Assembly: GCA_021372615.1 (NCBI GenBank)
Contig: JAJFUB010000018.1
Span: 8,193 to 72,192 of the forward strand
Source: a bacterium
GTDB taxonomy: Bacteria; Armatimonadota; Zipacnadia; Zipacnadales; UBA11051
Length of the DNA stretch: 64,000 nucleotides
Reading direction: 5' to 3'
Shown here: piece by piece, positions 42,129 through 51,472 of the stretch
Position numbering within the stretch: position 1 is the first letter of the stretch
Layout of the letters: every line of letters begins with the position of its first letter
Made by a program: the position numbers and the translations under genes
The notes under the pieces: model-generated
Database searches by the model: none
What the model was told of the DNA's origin: nothing
What the model saw: only the letters and a program-made list of their open reading frames with translations

Positions 42129-42584
42129 GTGTTAGTGATGGGACGCAGGCTGGTGTTGCTGATGGCCGTCCTGGTGGTCACGAGCAGTATGGCGATGGCC
42201 CAGGAGTGGATTCAGAACCCCGCGGGTTACATGGAGATCTCCATCCAGCGGGTGGAGGAGGGATCGCGCCTGCTGATCCAGATGCGTCCCATCTTCGAGG
42301 CGCTCGACTGGGTCGTGGACTGGGCGGCCGGCAGCCAGACGATCACCGCCACCCACCAGAGCGGCCAGTACCGCATGACCATGCAGATTGACAACCATCT
42401 GGTGCTCGTTAATGGCGAGCAGTTCAACCTCGACGTGCCGCCGCGCCTGATCTACGGCAGCACCTTTGTGCCGCTGCGCTTCGTGGCCGAGGTGACCGAC
42501 TGCCAGGTAGACTACATGGTGAGTGATGTGAAGATCACCGGGCAGGACGGGACGGTGCTGGTGGTGCACCTGATTGAGGACTGA
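42129..42584 (+). CDS. secreted protein with a copper-amine-oxidase-N-terminal-like (stalk) domain
   Basis: Signal peptide. IYGSTFVPLRFVAEV motif characteristic of the Cu_amine_oxidN1-type domain. Confidence 0.5.
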   Translation: MLVMGRRLVLLMAVLVVTSSMAMAQEWIQNPAGYMEISIQRVEEGSRLLIQMRPIFEALDWVVDWAAGSQTITATHQSGQYRMTMQIDNHLVLVNGEQFNLDVPPRLIYGSTFVPLRFVAEVTDCQVDYMVSDVKITGQDGTVLVVHLIED

Positions 42585-42611
42585 CGCGATACGAGGGGAC
42601 GAACGCACTAC

Positions 42612-42640
42612 GAACGCCCGGCTGATGCAGCCGGGCGTTC
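42612..42640. terminator. bidirectional hairpin between convergent genes
   Basis: GAACGCCCGGCTGATGCAGCCGGGCGTTC is a perfect 10-bp stem between 42129-42584 (+) and 42656-43129 (-). Confidence 0.4.
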
Positions 42641-42655
42641 GCGTTCGGGAGGAGA

Positions 42656-43129
42656 CTACTTACTGCGGCTGCCCTGGGTGCCTGCCTTGCCGCCCGCTCC
42701 GCCCGGCCGCATGCGGCTGTGCATGGCGGCCTGCTCGGTCTGCCACCTCTTCCACGCCGTCTTCTGCGCGGCGGTCAGCACGTTGGGGATGCGAGCGTCC
42801 AGGGTGCTCTTCACGTAGTCAAGCGTCTTGGCCGCGCTCTGGAAGTCCCGCTTCTCACGGGCGGTCTTCAGAGCGGTGTTGCGGGTCTTGTAGGCCCAGG
42901 CGTAGCTGGGCTTGAGCTTGGCGATCTGCGCGGCGCTGAGGTTGACCTCAAAGCACAGCGCCGTCCACGACTGCTCGACGTACATCATCGAGCCCATCAT
43001 GCCTCGTCCCCCGCCGCCCGGTCCCTTGCCGCCGGGTGGCTGGGCGAAAGCCACCCCTGCCAAAGCAGACGCCGCCAGCACAGCGACGATGAGTCGCGTT
43101 CTCATTTCGAAACTCCTCCTGTGTTGCAA
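42656..43129 (-). CDS. secreted hypothetical protein
   Basis: N-terminal signal-like RLIVAVLAASALAGVAFA. Gly-rich then helical. Convergent with the upstream gene across a hairpin. Confidence 0.4.
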   Translation of the reverse strand: MQHRRSFEMRTRLIVAVLAASALAGVAFAQPPGGKGPGGGGRGMMGSMMYVEQSWTALCFEVNLSAAQIAKLKPSYAWAYKTRNTALKTAREKRDFQSAAKTLDYVKSTLDARIPNVLTAAQKTAWKRWQTEQAAMHSRMRPGGAGGKAGTQGSRSK

Positions 43130-43133
43130 GACC

Positions 43134-44396
43134 TCATCGGTATGACGCGGGTCGGGTTACCGCCATTCCCCCTCCCGCGGGGAGCCGCGGGGTCGCCCGC
43201 TCCAGCTCCAGGTACAGTAGCGCCACCATCGCCAGGCTGACGAGATCGGTCAGGCCGCCGATGAGATGCCCGATGATGCTGGCGCCCATGGGAGCCTCGA
43301 ACGGCGAGAGCGTGGCGTGGAGGGCCTGCAGGGGGAAGAGGATGAGTAGGGCGCGGAGGGCGAAAACCAGCAGATCGGGAGCGTGCGCCCGAAGCAGTTG
43401 CCAGTGGCGCCGTAGCGCGCACGTGATGTCGGCGCGGTCGCGCAGGATGATCCAGGGCACGAAGAGCAGGGCGAGCTGCAGCAGCACCGGCAAATGCCAT
43501 AGCAGCCCGGCGCTCCCCGCGAGGGAGTCACTGCGCACGGGAAGGGCGCCCTGAAGCAGCGACCACGCCAGGGCCGGGGCGACGAGGACGAGGGCCAGGA
43601 ACCCCGTGAGGGGTATGAGGCACGCCATGGTCCCGCGGAGGGCCAACCCCAGCGACAGGTGGCGCCGCCCCTGGGCGACTTGCAGCAAGACGTGCCACAA
43701 CGGCCCGTACAGCGGGATACACGCCAGCATGGTCAGCGCGTGCACCAGGGGTGGCAGCCACCCGGGGAACCCCTGGCCCTGCAGGCGCACGAGCACGGCC
43801 ATCAGGGCCAGCGGAACCAGCAGGTAAGCCAGCGCAAGGCGTGGCTGCAGCACGTTGGCCCGGCCCAGCCAGTCAGGACGATGCCAGACCAGGGAGGCGA
43901 GGCACAGGAGCACGAGGGTGGTGAACAGCAGTTGCGAGTAGCCGCCCCACAGGTCAGCGCGCAGGGAGTTGGGGCCGGGTACGCTGTCGTCGAGTGCCTG
44001 TCCCGGTAGCCTGCCGTGGAGGGTGCGGAACTGCTCCCAGCCGTCCCTGAGCAGCACCCCTACCGGCCTCTCCTCGAAGCGGAAGCCGCCGAGGCGACGC
44101 TGTGCCATGTCGGGTCGGTGGGGCCGGGAGTCGTGCGCCGGGGCTCCGAGCTGGCGCATGAGTGCGGGCCGCTGGAAGCCCCAGTAGACCACCCCCGAGA
44201 GCAGCCAGAAGCCCAGCAGCGGAAGCATGAACTGGCGCGCGCGGGCCAGTTTGCCGATGGCCTGCACGAAGAGGAGGGCCGGGTGGCGCAGCGGCGAGAG
44301 GCGCCTGCCGCCGGACCGCGCCTGGTCCCATTCGGCGAGATACCACAGGAGGATCGCAACGGCGGCCAGCGCGAGCCATGGTCCGGGGCCGGGCAC
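43134..44396 (-). CDS. polytopic membrane protein, function unknown
   Basis: 420 aa with at least 8 hydrophobic helices. Confidence 0.45.
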   Translation of the reverse strand: MPGPGPWLALAAVAILLWYLAEWDQARSGGRRLSPLRHPALLFVQAIGKLARARQFMLPLLGFWLLSGVVYWGFQRPALMRQLGAPAHDSRPHRPDMAQRRLGGFRFEERPVGVLLRDGWEQFRTLHGRLPGQALDDSVPGPNSLRADLWGGYSQLLFTTLVLLCLASLVWHRPDWLGRANVLQPRLALAYLLVPLALMAVLVRLQGQGFPGWLPPLVHALTMLACIPLYGPLWHVLLQVAQGRRHLSLGLALRGTMACLIPLTGFLALVLVAPALAWSLLQGALPVRSDSLAGSAGLLWHLPVLLQLALLFVPWIILRDRADITCALRRHWQLLRAHAPDLLVFALRALLILFPLQALHATLSPFEAPMGASIIGHLIGGLTDLVSLAMVALLYLELERATPRLPAGGGMAVTRPASYR

Positions 44397-44577
44397 AGGC
44401 TCTCCCCCCTTCGGGGCGATAGTAGTGAGACTGTGTTCACTTGCAGTGTAGACTGCGCCGGGCGGCGGGCAAGGCAGCGCCAGCGGCGCGAAGCTGCCTT
44501 GCCCGGTCGCGGGGCCCCGCCCGCCTGCGCGCTGCGCGCTACGGCGGGCACCCCGCGACTCTCCTACTGCTGCCCTC

Positions 44578-45693
44578 TCAGCCTCTCCGCGCCTCCCACG
44601 GCTCGGGCTCGGGGATGCCGAACATCGCGCGCTTCTCGCGCAGGTAGTACAGATAGTCCTCGTAGGTCACGTCGGGCGGGCAGCGGTGGTCGCAGTGCGG
44701 GATGAGGCCGCCCTCGTTCACCAGCGGCTCCAGGCGGCGCAGCTCGGTGTCAATGGCCTCCTGGCCCGCGGCCATGGCGCGCTTGTTGACCCCGCCCATC
44801 ATCGGGCAGTCCTTGCCGTAGAGGCGGCGGATCGCCAGCGGGTCGCTGCCGCCGGCCACCTCGACCGGGAACATCACGTTCACGCCGCCCTCGAGCCAGC
44901 AGGGCAGTACGTCCATGATGTTGCCGTCGCAGTCCACGTAGAACAGGTCGCAGCCCGACTGGCGCACGAAGTCGGTGATGCGCTTGTAGCGCGGGGTGAG
45001 GAACTCGCGGAACATCTTGGGGCTGATGATGCAGCCGTGGTTGAAGCAGATGTCTTCCCAGAAGGCGCCGGCGTCAATCCGGACCTCGCGGACGGCGCGC
45101 TCGAGGACCTTGAGGACCAGGTTGGTGTGGGTCTCAACCATGTCCTCGATCAGGTCGGGCTGGTCCAGGCACATCATGGCGATGTTCTCGAAGCCGACCC
45201 AGTTGCGGAAGGTGCCGAAGAGCGAGCCGAGGCCGACGACGACGGGGCAGTCGGAGGCATTGAGCTGGGGGACGATCTCGTCCCAGTTGTCCGGGTAGCG
45301 GCCCGGCGTGTCGGGGTCCATGCGCTCCTTGAAGCGCTTCCAGCTGTCCCAGTCCTTGATGGGGAACTCCAGGTAGCGCGGGATGGACGAGTGGCCGTCC
45401 TTGAAGGTGATCTTCTTCACCCCGTCGGCGTCCTGGCTGATGATGTGCTCGTCGGTCTCTTCCAGAACCTGTCCGCCCTGGAAGCCGGGGAGCAGTCCGA
45501 CATTCACCGGCACGCCACGGCGCGGGGCAAAGCCGAAGAAGCGGTCAGCGATACCGTTGTTATTGATCTCGCGGGGGAGGCCCTGTTCATGCCAGACGGG
45601 GAAGGTCTCCTCCCAGTAGCCGAATTCCTCGTCGGGGACGTGATCCACAGGCTGGAAATGCAGGGCGTTCAGCCAACGTTCGCGATGGGTCAT
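44578..45693 (-). CDS. uroporphyrinogen decarboxylase (URO-D)-family protein (MtaA/CmuA-like methyltransferase fold)
   Basis: 371 aa with a URO-D-family-like organisation. Paralog of 60873-61943. Confidence 0.7.
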   Translation of the reverse strand: MTHRERWLNALHFQPVDHVPDEEFGYWEETFPVWHEQGLPREINNNGIADRFFGFAPRRGVPVNVGLLPGFQGGQVLEETDEHIISQDADGVKKITFKDGHSSIPRYLEFPIKDWDSWKRFKERMDPDTPGRYPDNWDEIVPQLNASDCPVVVGLGSLFGTFRNWVGFENIAMMCLDQPDLIEDMVETHTNLVLKVLERAVREVRIDAGAFWEDICFNHGCIISPKMFREFLTPRYKRITDFVRQSGCDLFYVDCDGNIMDVLPCWLEGGVNVMFPVEVAGGSDPLAIRRLYGKDCPMMGGVNKRAMAAGQEAIDTELRRLEPLVNEGGLIPHCDHRCPPDVTYEDYLYYLREKRAMFGIPEPEPWEARRG

Positions 45694-45881
45694 GGCAGTG
45701 TAGGTTCCTCTTCGCCGGGTTGTGGACGCTGGTTCGCTGTCCGTGCGACAGGCACCTGCCGGGATCGGGGGCTACGGAGGACCGCAGCGGAGTTGTGCGG
45801 AAATGCCATATGTAACCCTGGCGTCGCCGGAGGCTCATCGCCATCCACGTATGTCACACTAGCTACTGGAAGCAGCGTCCC

Positions 45882-47300
45882 GTGTTAGGCCTGTTGTGCC
45901 TGGCGGCATGGGCCGGCAGCGCGAGCGGCGGGCCGGCGCAGGCGCGCTGGGCGGTGGAGGGCGCGGAACTGGCGCCCATCCACGCCAGCTTCCACGTCCA
46001 CACCCAGTGGGGCGCCTGGCGGCACGGGGAGGGACAGGTGGACACCGTGGACCACGGACAGTGCGAGACCCCTGACCGCGTGCGGGTCCGGGCGGCGGCC
46101 ACCGGTTTGCAGCTCATCGCCTTCACCGACCACTGCTTTCAGCTAGACCCGTGGGAGTGGGGGCTGCGGCCGTGGAATGCGGTCCGGCTGCCGCACCCGG
46201 AAGCGGATTGGCGCAGGCTCACTATCCTGGGCAACAGCGGCGGCGAGAGCAACCCCGACCAGTGCCTCGCCCTGGCGGGCTTCGAGTGGACACCCGGGGC
46301 AGACTGGTGGGACATCGCCAACCTGCGCTGGGGACATGGCAGAGTCGGGCACATCAACGTCTTCTATCCCGATCTGGGCGCGGACGACATCGGCAACGAC
46401 GCGAAGGCCAGGACCCACCCGGTGCTGTACGGGCGACGGGTGAACTCCGGCAGCAAGGCCTTCGCTCGCGAGGCGCCCATGGCGGCCGTGGACTGCCCGG
46501 ACCTCAAGTCCCTGTATGCTCGCCTGCGGGAGCAGGTGAAGCGCGGCAGCAAGCCGTTGGCGCAGTTCAACCACCCCGTGACGAGGCTGGGCGGCGGACA
46601 GCGCAGCCGCTCGGTCGAGGCGTTCCCCGGTCACTTCAATGACTTCGCCTTCGACCCTCAGCTCGTGGACTGCTTCGTGCTGCTGGAGATCGCGACGACC
46701 ACCGCACGCAAGCTCGGCACCAAGCGCATCGTCTGGTGCGACATGCTGGACAATGAACCGGCGTACCAGCGAGCGCTGGCGGCCGGGTGGCGCCTGGGGC
46801 CCGCGATCGGGGTGGACAACGACGACGAGCGATTGGCTGCGGCCGCCTCGTCCTACACCGGGGTGTGGCTGCCCCCAGGCCCCTTCACCCTTGCCGACGT
46901 GGCGGCGGCGCTGCGGCAGCGCCGCGTGTTCGCGACCGAGATCCCCGGCCTGGCAGTGACCCTCCAGGCCACGGACGGTAGCGGCAAGGTCACGCCCATG
47001 GGGGGAGAAGCCCAGGCGCCGCAGGAGGGCAAGCTGCAGCTGCAGGCGGACTTCCTGATGGAGGACGGCAGTGCCGTCCCGACGCTCCTGTACGTGCGGG
47101 TCGTCGAGGTGCGGTCCAGCGGCGACAGCGCCGTGACCGACACACAGGTGGAGGACGGCCGGGCCACCGCCGAGGTCACCCCCGGCGCGCACACCCGCTG
47201 CTACTACGTGCGCGCGGCGTGCGCACCCGCAGACCACGGCCCGGAGCGGGGCCTCATCTCGGCGCCGATCTGGGTCAGGAGGCCGGCTCCCCGTCGGTAG
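45882..47300 (+). CDS. secreted PHP-like / CehA-McbA-family metallohydrolase-like protein
   Basis: Signal peptide. HASFHVHTQWG and IAFTDHCFQLD His motifs reminiscent of the PHP fold. Weak assignment. Confidence 0.4.
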   Translation: MLGLLCLAAWAGSASGGPAQARWAVEGAELAPIHASFHVHTQWGAWRHGEGQVDTVDHGQCETPDRVRVRAAATGLQLIAFTDHCFQLDPWEWGLRPWNAVRLPHPEADWRRLTILGNSGGESNPDQCLALAGFEWTPGADWWDIANLRWGHGRVGHINVFYPDLGADDIGNDAKARTHPVLYGRRVNSGSKAFAREAPMAAVDCPDLKSLYARLREQVKRGSKPLAQFNHPVTRLGGGQRSRSVEAFPGHFNDFAFDPQLVDCFVLLEIATTTARKLGTKRIVWCDMLDNEPAYQRALAAGWRLGPAIGVDNDDERLAAAASSYTGVWLPPGPFTLADVAAALRQRRVFATEIPGLAVTLQATDGSGKVTPMGGEAQAPQEGKLQLQADFLMEDGSAVPTLLYVRVVEVRSSGDSAVTDTQVEDGRATAEVTPGAHTRCYYVRAACAPADHGPERGLISAPIWVRRPAPRR

Positions 47301-47315
47301 GGCGCGTGCCTTCCC

Positions 47316-48698
47316 CTAAGCCCACAATTCCCCGATCATCTCCAGCAGCCGGTCCACCAGCACCTGCCCGCCGATGGGCCCCACGGGCCCGTCCACGACC
47401 TCGGCCCCATAGCTGCGCGAGGCGAGGGCGCGCGCGGTGGGCAGATAGCCGCCGGAGCGGGGCCCGGCCACCTCCGAGAGCTGGACGACGAAGGTCTGTG
47501 TGGCCGGGCTGCGCGCCTTGATCCTCTGGCCATGGTCCAGGAACAGTTCGAACGGGCACGTGCACATGGCGATGTCGCCCAGGCGCAGGACGTGCACCCG
47601 CACGGCGTAGGTGGGCTCGGCGTCCTGGCTCATGTAGCGATCCATGACGCGGCGGTTGCGGTTCAGCATCATCATCCGGGTCGAAACCTGGGCCAGGTTG
47701 TCGGGGTCCACCTCGCGCTGTTCGTGCTCAGCGTGCTGCTGGGCGGCTTCCTCGTACTGGGCCCGCGTCACGCGCCGGACGGGCAGATCGAGCGTCCGCG
47801 TCACGTGCGCGAAGGGCGGGTCCTGCTGGACATCCGCAGCGACCAGGGGCAGCACGTCATCCACGGCGTTGGCGATGCGCCGGCCGATCTCCTGGCGCTC
47901 CGTCAGCCCGCGCCGCTGCAGCATCAGCTTCTCCGCCGGTTTGTTGAGTAGCAGGTGGGGCGACTGGTCGCCGGCGGCGGCACACTGGGGGAGGACGAAG
48001 AAGTCGCTGCCGTGCCGCTGCCATAGCTCTTCGCGCACCTCGTGCCAGAAGTCGGCCGAGACGTACAGGGCGCCCTCGGTCTCCTGCGACGGGCAGGCGA
48101 GGTTCACGAGGACGCCCGTCGGCTTGCCGGTGGAGTCCCACGTATAGAGCAAGTCTACCCCGTGGTCTTCGTAGCCCTCGATGCACTCAAAGTCGGGCAC
48201 GGCGGTCTGGCCGTACATCTTGGAGAAGCCGCCGGCGTAGTGCGCGCGGCGGTTGTGGCCGACGACAGCCTGTCCGTAGCCCCAGCTCACGCCGCCGGGC
48301 GCCCGACCTTCCCAGGCGCGGACCGCGGCGTCCGCCATGCCTTCGATCAGCAACTGGGCGTACTCGGTGGGCGTCATGGCCCCGGCCGGAGGCGGCGGGT
48401 AGATGCCCTCGGTGACGCACGAGGCGGTATGGGCGTGCGTCGCACTGGCGGTAACGCACTCCGGATCGAGGCCCGGCAGGCGCTCGGCCAGCTTCGCCCG
48501 CACGCCGCTGATGATGTGCGCGGGGACGCTGACCGAATCGATGGAGAGGATGATGGCCTGACCGTCCTGGCTCTCCAACGCCAGGGCCGTGGCCCGCAGC
48601 GGGTCGTTGACATGAGTGGAGATGCGCGAGTGAAACTGCCCGTGCAGGATCACGGGCCTGTCCGGTGTGACGTCTGCCATGGCCCAACCGATGTGCAT
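47316..48698 (-). CDS. hypothetical hydrolase (possible neutral/alkaline ceramidase-like N-terminal domain)
   Basis: Start set at the ATG at 48696-48698 (MHIGWAMADVTPD), since the upstream ORF part covers a repeat. Weak family resemblance only. Confidence 0.4.
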   Translation of the reverse strand: MHIGWAMADVTPDRPVILHGQFHSRISTHVNDPLRATALALESQDGQAIILSIDSVSVPAHIISGVRAKLAERLPGLDPECVTASATHAHTASCVTEGIYPPPPAGAMTPTEYAQLLIEGMADAAVRAWEGRAPGGVSWGYGQAVVGHNRRAHYAGGFSKMYGQTAVPDFECIEGYEDHGVDLLYTWDSTGKPTGVLVNLACPSQETEGALYVSADFWHEVREELWQRHGSDFFVLPQCAAAGDQSPHLLLNKPAEKLMLQRRGLTERQEIGRRIANAVDDVLPLVAADVQQDPPFAHVTRTLDLPVRRVTRAQYEEAAQQHAEHEQREVDPDNLAQVSTRMMMLNRNRRVMDRYMSQDAEPTYAVRVHVLRLGDIAMCTCPFELFLDHGQRIKARSPATQTFVVQLSEVAGPRSGGYLPTARALASRSYGAEVVDGPVGPIGGQVLVDRLLEMIGELWA

Positions 48699-48723
48699 GT
48701 GCGTGCTCCCTGGTGCTTGTGTG

Positions 48724-48795
48724 AACGGCGGCCTACCCCCCAGCCCCCTCCCTAAAGGGAGGGGGAACGGCAACGGCAGACGGCGACGGCTCAGT
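48724..48795. repeat. family-1 module C solo copy
   Basis: CTACCCCCCAGCCCCCTCCCTAAAGGGAGGGGGAACGGCAACGGC. Confidence 0.75.
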
Positions 48796-50182
48796 ACGCG
48801 CCCTTGCCCAGGATCACGATGGGGAGGGTGCGCAAGAAAATGGCCAGGTCCAGCAGCAGCGACTGGTTGCGGATGTAGTAGAAGTCGTACTCGATGTTGT
48901 CGCGCAAGGGCAAGTCCTTGCGGCCCAGGATCTGCCACAGGCCCGTCAGGCCCGGCAGGGCTTCCAGGCGGCGGCGCTGCCAGGGCTCGTACTGGCTCAC
49001 CAGAAAGGGCATCTCCGGCCGCGGGCCAACGATGCTCATGTCGCCCTTGAGGACGTTGAGCAACTGCGGCAGCTCATCCAGGCTGTACCGCCGCAGCCAC
49101 CGACCCACCGAAGTGATGCGCTCATCGTCGGGCGTGTCGGGCGAGGGCGCATAGGCGTCGGTGTCCGAGCGCATGGTGCGGAACTTGTACATCGTGAACT
49201 CCCGGCCGTGCAGGCCCACCCGCTGCTGCAGGAAGAGTGCCGAGGCGCCGGTCTGGCGGCGGATGGCCAGCGCAATGCCGAGCAGGAGCGGCCCCGTCAG
49301 GACGAGCAGGATCGCGGCGCCCAGGACGTCGCACAGGCGCTTGGCGGTCTGCTGCACCGGGCCGAAGGCGCGCCGCCGCATCTCCAGAACCGGCAGGTCG
49401 GCCGGCCCGGCCAGCTCAGTGGCGGCGGTCAGCACCTGCAGCGGCCCGGCGATGATGAGGAAGTCCACATGCGCGACGTCGCTCTCGCCGATCGCCCGCA
49501 TCAGCGCCTGGCCGGGCAGCTCGGGGTCAGCCACCAGCACCTCGTCCACGCGATGCTCGGCGATGAGCCGCGGCAGATCGTGTAGGACGCCCAGCACCGG
49601 TACCCCCTCGATGGTGGCAGGGGCGCTCTCGCTCACGGTCACGAATCCGGCAACGTCCATGCCAAAGCGGCGATCCTGCAGGCGTGAGAGCACGATGCGG
49701 CCCAGATCTCCGGCGCCGATGATGATGGTGCGCGAGAGCATCTGGCCGCCGGTCAGTACCCGCTGGCGGTAGCGCCCCAGCGTGTAGCGCTCCGCCCACG
49801 TGAGCAGCAGACCCAGGGCCCAGAACTCCAACAGGATGGCGCGCGAGTAGTTGTGGTGGGCCAGGAAGCTGGCGGCGGCGATCATCAACACCGCCAGCGA
49901 GACGGCGCGCAGGTCATCGCCACGGGCGGCGATGGCGTTGAGCGTCCGCCGGGGCTCATACATGCCGACCAGGGCGAACACCACGAACCAGATGGCCATG
50001 ACGATGGGCAGGGCGCGCAGATAGTGGGTGACGGGGTGGCGCAGGGGCTCGAGGAACCAGGGGGCGTAGTAGGCCCGCAAGGCGAAGGCCAGTAGCACCG
50101 CCAGGGCGCAGACGACCAGATCGCTGAGCACCAGGAGCGCGATGAAGTTGTTCTCGAATTGCCGGCGCGGAGAGGCCAACAT
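48791..50182 (-). CDS. polyprenyl-phosphate glycosyl-1-phosphate transferase (bacterial sugar transferase, WcaJ/EpsB-like). Exopolysaccharide or glycan initiation enzyme.
   Basis: Multi-TM N-terminus. C-terminal bacterial sugar transferase signature (LDELPQLLNVLKGDMSIVGPRPEMPF...GLTGLWQI). Confidence 0.8.
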   Translation of the reverse strand: MLASPRRQFENNFIALLVLSDLVVCALAVLLAFALRAYYAPWFLEPLRHPVTHYLRALPIVMAIWFVVFALVGMYEPRRTLNAIAARGDDLRAVSLAVLMIAAASFLAHHNYSRAILLEFWALGLLLTWAERYTLGRYRQRVLTGGQMLSRTIIIGAGDLGRIVLSRLQDRRFGMDVAGFVTVSESAPATIEGVPVLGVLHDLPRLIAEHRVDEVLVADPELPGQALMRAIGESDVAHVDFLIIAGPLQVLTAATELAGPADLPVLEMRRRAFGPVQQTAKRLCDVLGAAILLVLTGPLLLGIALAIRRQTGASALFLQQRVGLHGREFTMYKFRTMRSDTDAYAPSPDTPDDERITSVGRWLRRYSLDELPQLLNVLKGDMSIVGPRPEMPFLVSQYEPWQRRRLEALPGLTGLWQILGRKDLPLRDNIEYDFYYIRNQSLLLDLAIFLRTLPIVILGKGAY

Positions 50183-50196
50183 GACGGGTCAGGGCC

Positions 50197-51384
50197 CTAC
50201 CACTGCTCTTTGGTGGCGCGATCCAGCTCGCTGCCCAGGGCACTGAACATGCCGTCGAGCGCTGCATTGGACAGGCCGTCGCCGATCGTCTGCTTGAGGC
50301 GGTCGGCCAGATCGCGCGGGTGCTCCGCCGCGAACTTCTCATCGAGCACGACCGGCAACAGACGGTCCCACAACTGGTGGAACTGCAAGGCGGTGCCGGG
50401 CGCGCGCAGCTTCAGATCAGCCAGTTCGGCGTGCATGTCCTGCTCCTGCTTGACGCCCTTGACGCTCTCGGCCATGCGCTGGAGCCCCTCGGCCACGCCC
50501 TTCGTGATGCCCATGAGCTCGGCCACCTGCGCGATGCCCCGCTGCAGGTCCTGGGTCTGGTCGTGCAGGCTGACCATCTGCGCCAACAGGGCGTCGAAGT
50601 CCGGCGCGTCCCCGTGCTTGGCCTCGGCGATGGCCTCAAGGATCTCATCCAGGGCCGCCTCGCGGCAGGCGCCTTCCAGGTCGGTCTGCAGGCGGTGTTG
50701 CTCGCGCTTGAGGCGCGCGATCTCGGCGGTGCGCAGCCGCCAGGCCTGCTGGAGGTTGGTTTCCTCCTCCGCGACGTTGGTTTCCATGGTGTGCCACGAG
50801 TTGCGCACTTCGGTCAGGCGAGCGTTGGCGTCGGCAAGCTGGCCGCCGAGGGCCTCGGCCTGGTTGCGTAGCTGCTTCACCTTGCCGGACTGCAGGAGCC
50901 AGCCCAGGCCGCTGCCGGCGGTACGCCATTCGGCCATCTTCGCTTCGAGGGCCTGCTGCAGGTCGCGCTCCTTGACCTTGAGCTCCTCTTCGCGGGCGTT
51001 GAGGCGGGGGTTGTTGGTCTTCAGAGCGGTCAGGCGGGCCCCGTTCTGGTCTTCCACGGCCCCCCGCTGCTCCTCCAGGCCGGAGAGCTCCCGGGCCAGG
51101 TCGTCCAGGCGCTGACGCTTGGCCTGCTCCACTTTGGGCAGACGCTCAGCGATGGCTGCGGCCAGCCACGCCGGTTGCTGCCAGCCGTGCTGCTCCACCC
51201 AGACGGCCACCTGCGCCTTGGTGTTCTCGAACTGCTGCTGGGAGTCCACCAGCCGGGTCTCGAAGGCGCGCTGAATCTCGTCAATCTCCTTCACCAGGCC
51301 GGTGATCTTCTGGCCCTGCGCGTCCATGTACTGCAGCATGGTGGCGAGGTCGTGGAAGGCCTCGGGGGTGGCAGTGGTTGTCAT
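50197..51384 (-). CDS. coiled-coil protein of unknown function, co-operonic with the rSAM enzyme
   Basis: Start at MTTTATPEAF; the upstream ORF portion covers a family-3 palindrome. Long heptad-like Q/E/A/L/R-rich sequence. 14-bp gap to the sugar transferase and 37-bp gap to the rSAM gene. Confidence 0.5.
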   Translation of the reverse strand: MTTTATPEAFHDLATMLQYMDAQGQKITGLVKEIDEIQRAFETRLVDSQQQFENTKAQVAVWVEQHGWQQPAWLAAAIAERLPKVEQAKRQRLDDLARELSGLEEQRGAVEDQNGARLTALKTNNPRLNAREEELKVKERDLQQALEAKMAEWRTAGSGLGWLLQSGKVKQLRNQAEALGGQLADANARLTEVRNSWHTMETNVAEEETNLQQAWRLRTAEIARLKREQHRLQTDLEGACREAALDEILEAIAEAKHGDAPDFDALLAQMVSLHDQTQDLQRGIAQVAELMGITKGVAEGLQRMAESVKGVKQEQDMHAELADLKLRAPGTALQFHQLWDRLLPVVLDEKFAAEHPRDLADRLKQTIGDGLSNAALDGMFSALGSELDRATKEQW

Positions 51385-51472
51385 GTCAGATCGTCCTTCG
51401 CCGGTGGTCGCGGTCGGTGACCGCTCGTACAGCAAGGCCAGGCGGCATCCGCGTGGGCGGCTCAGTTGCGTA

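Noticed and set aside
42616-42650. Hairpin at 42612-42640 as a classical rho-independent terminator
   Set aside because: It lacks a U-tract on either strand. It is kept only as a possible bidirectional structure between convergent genes.
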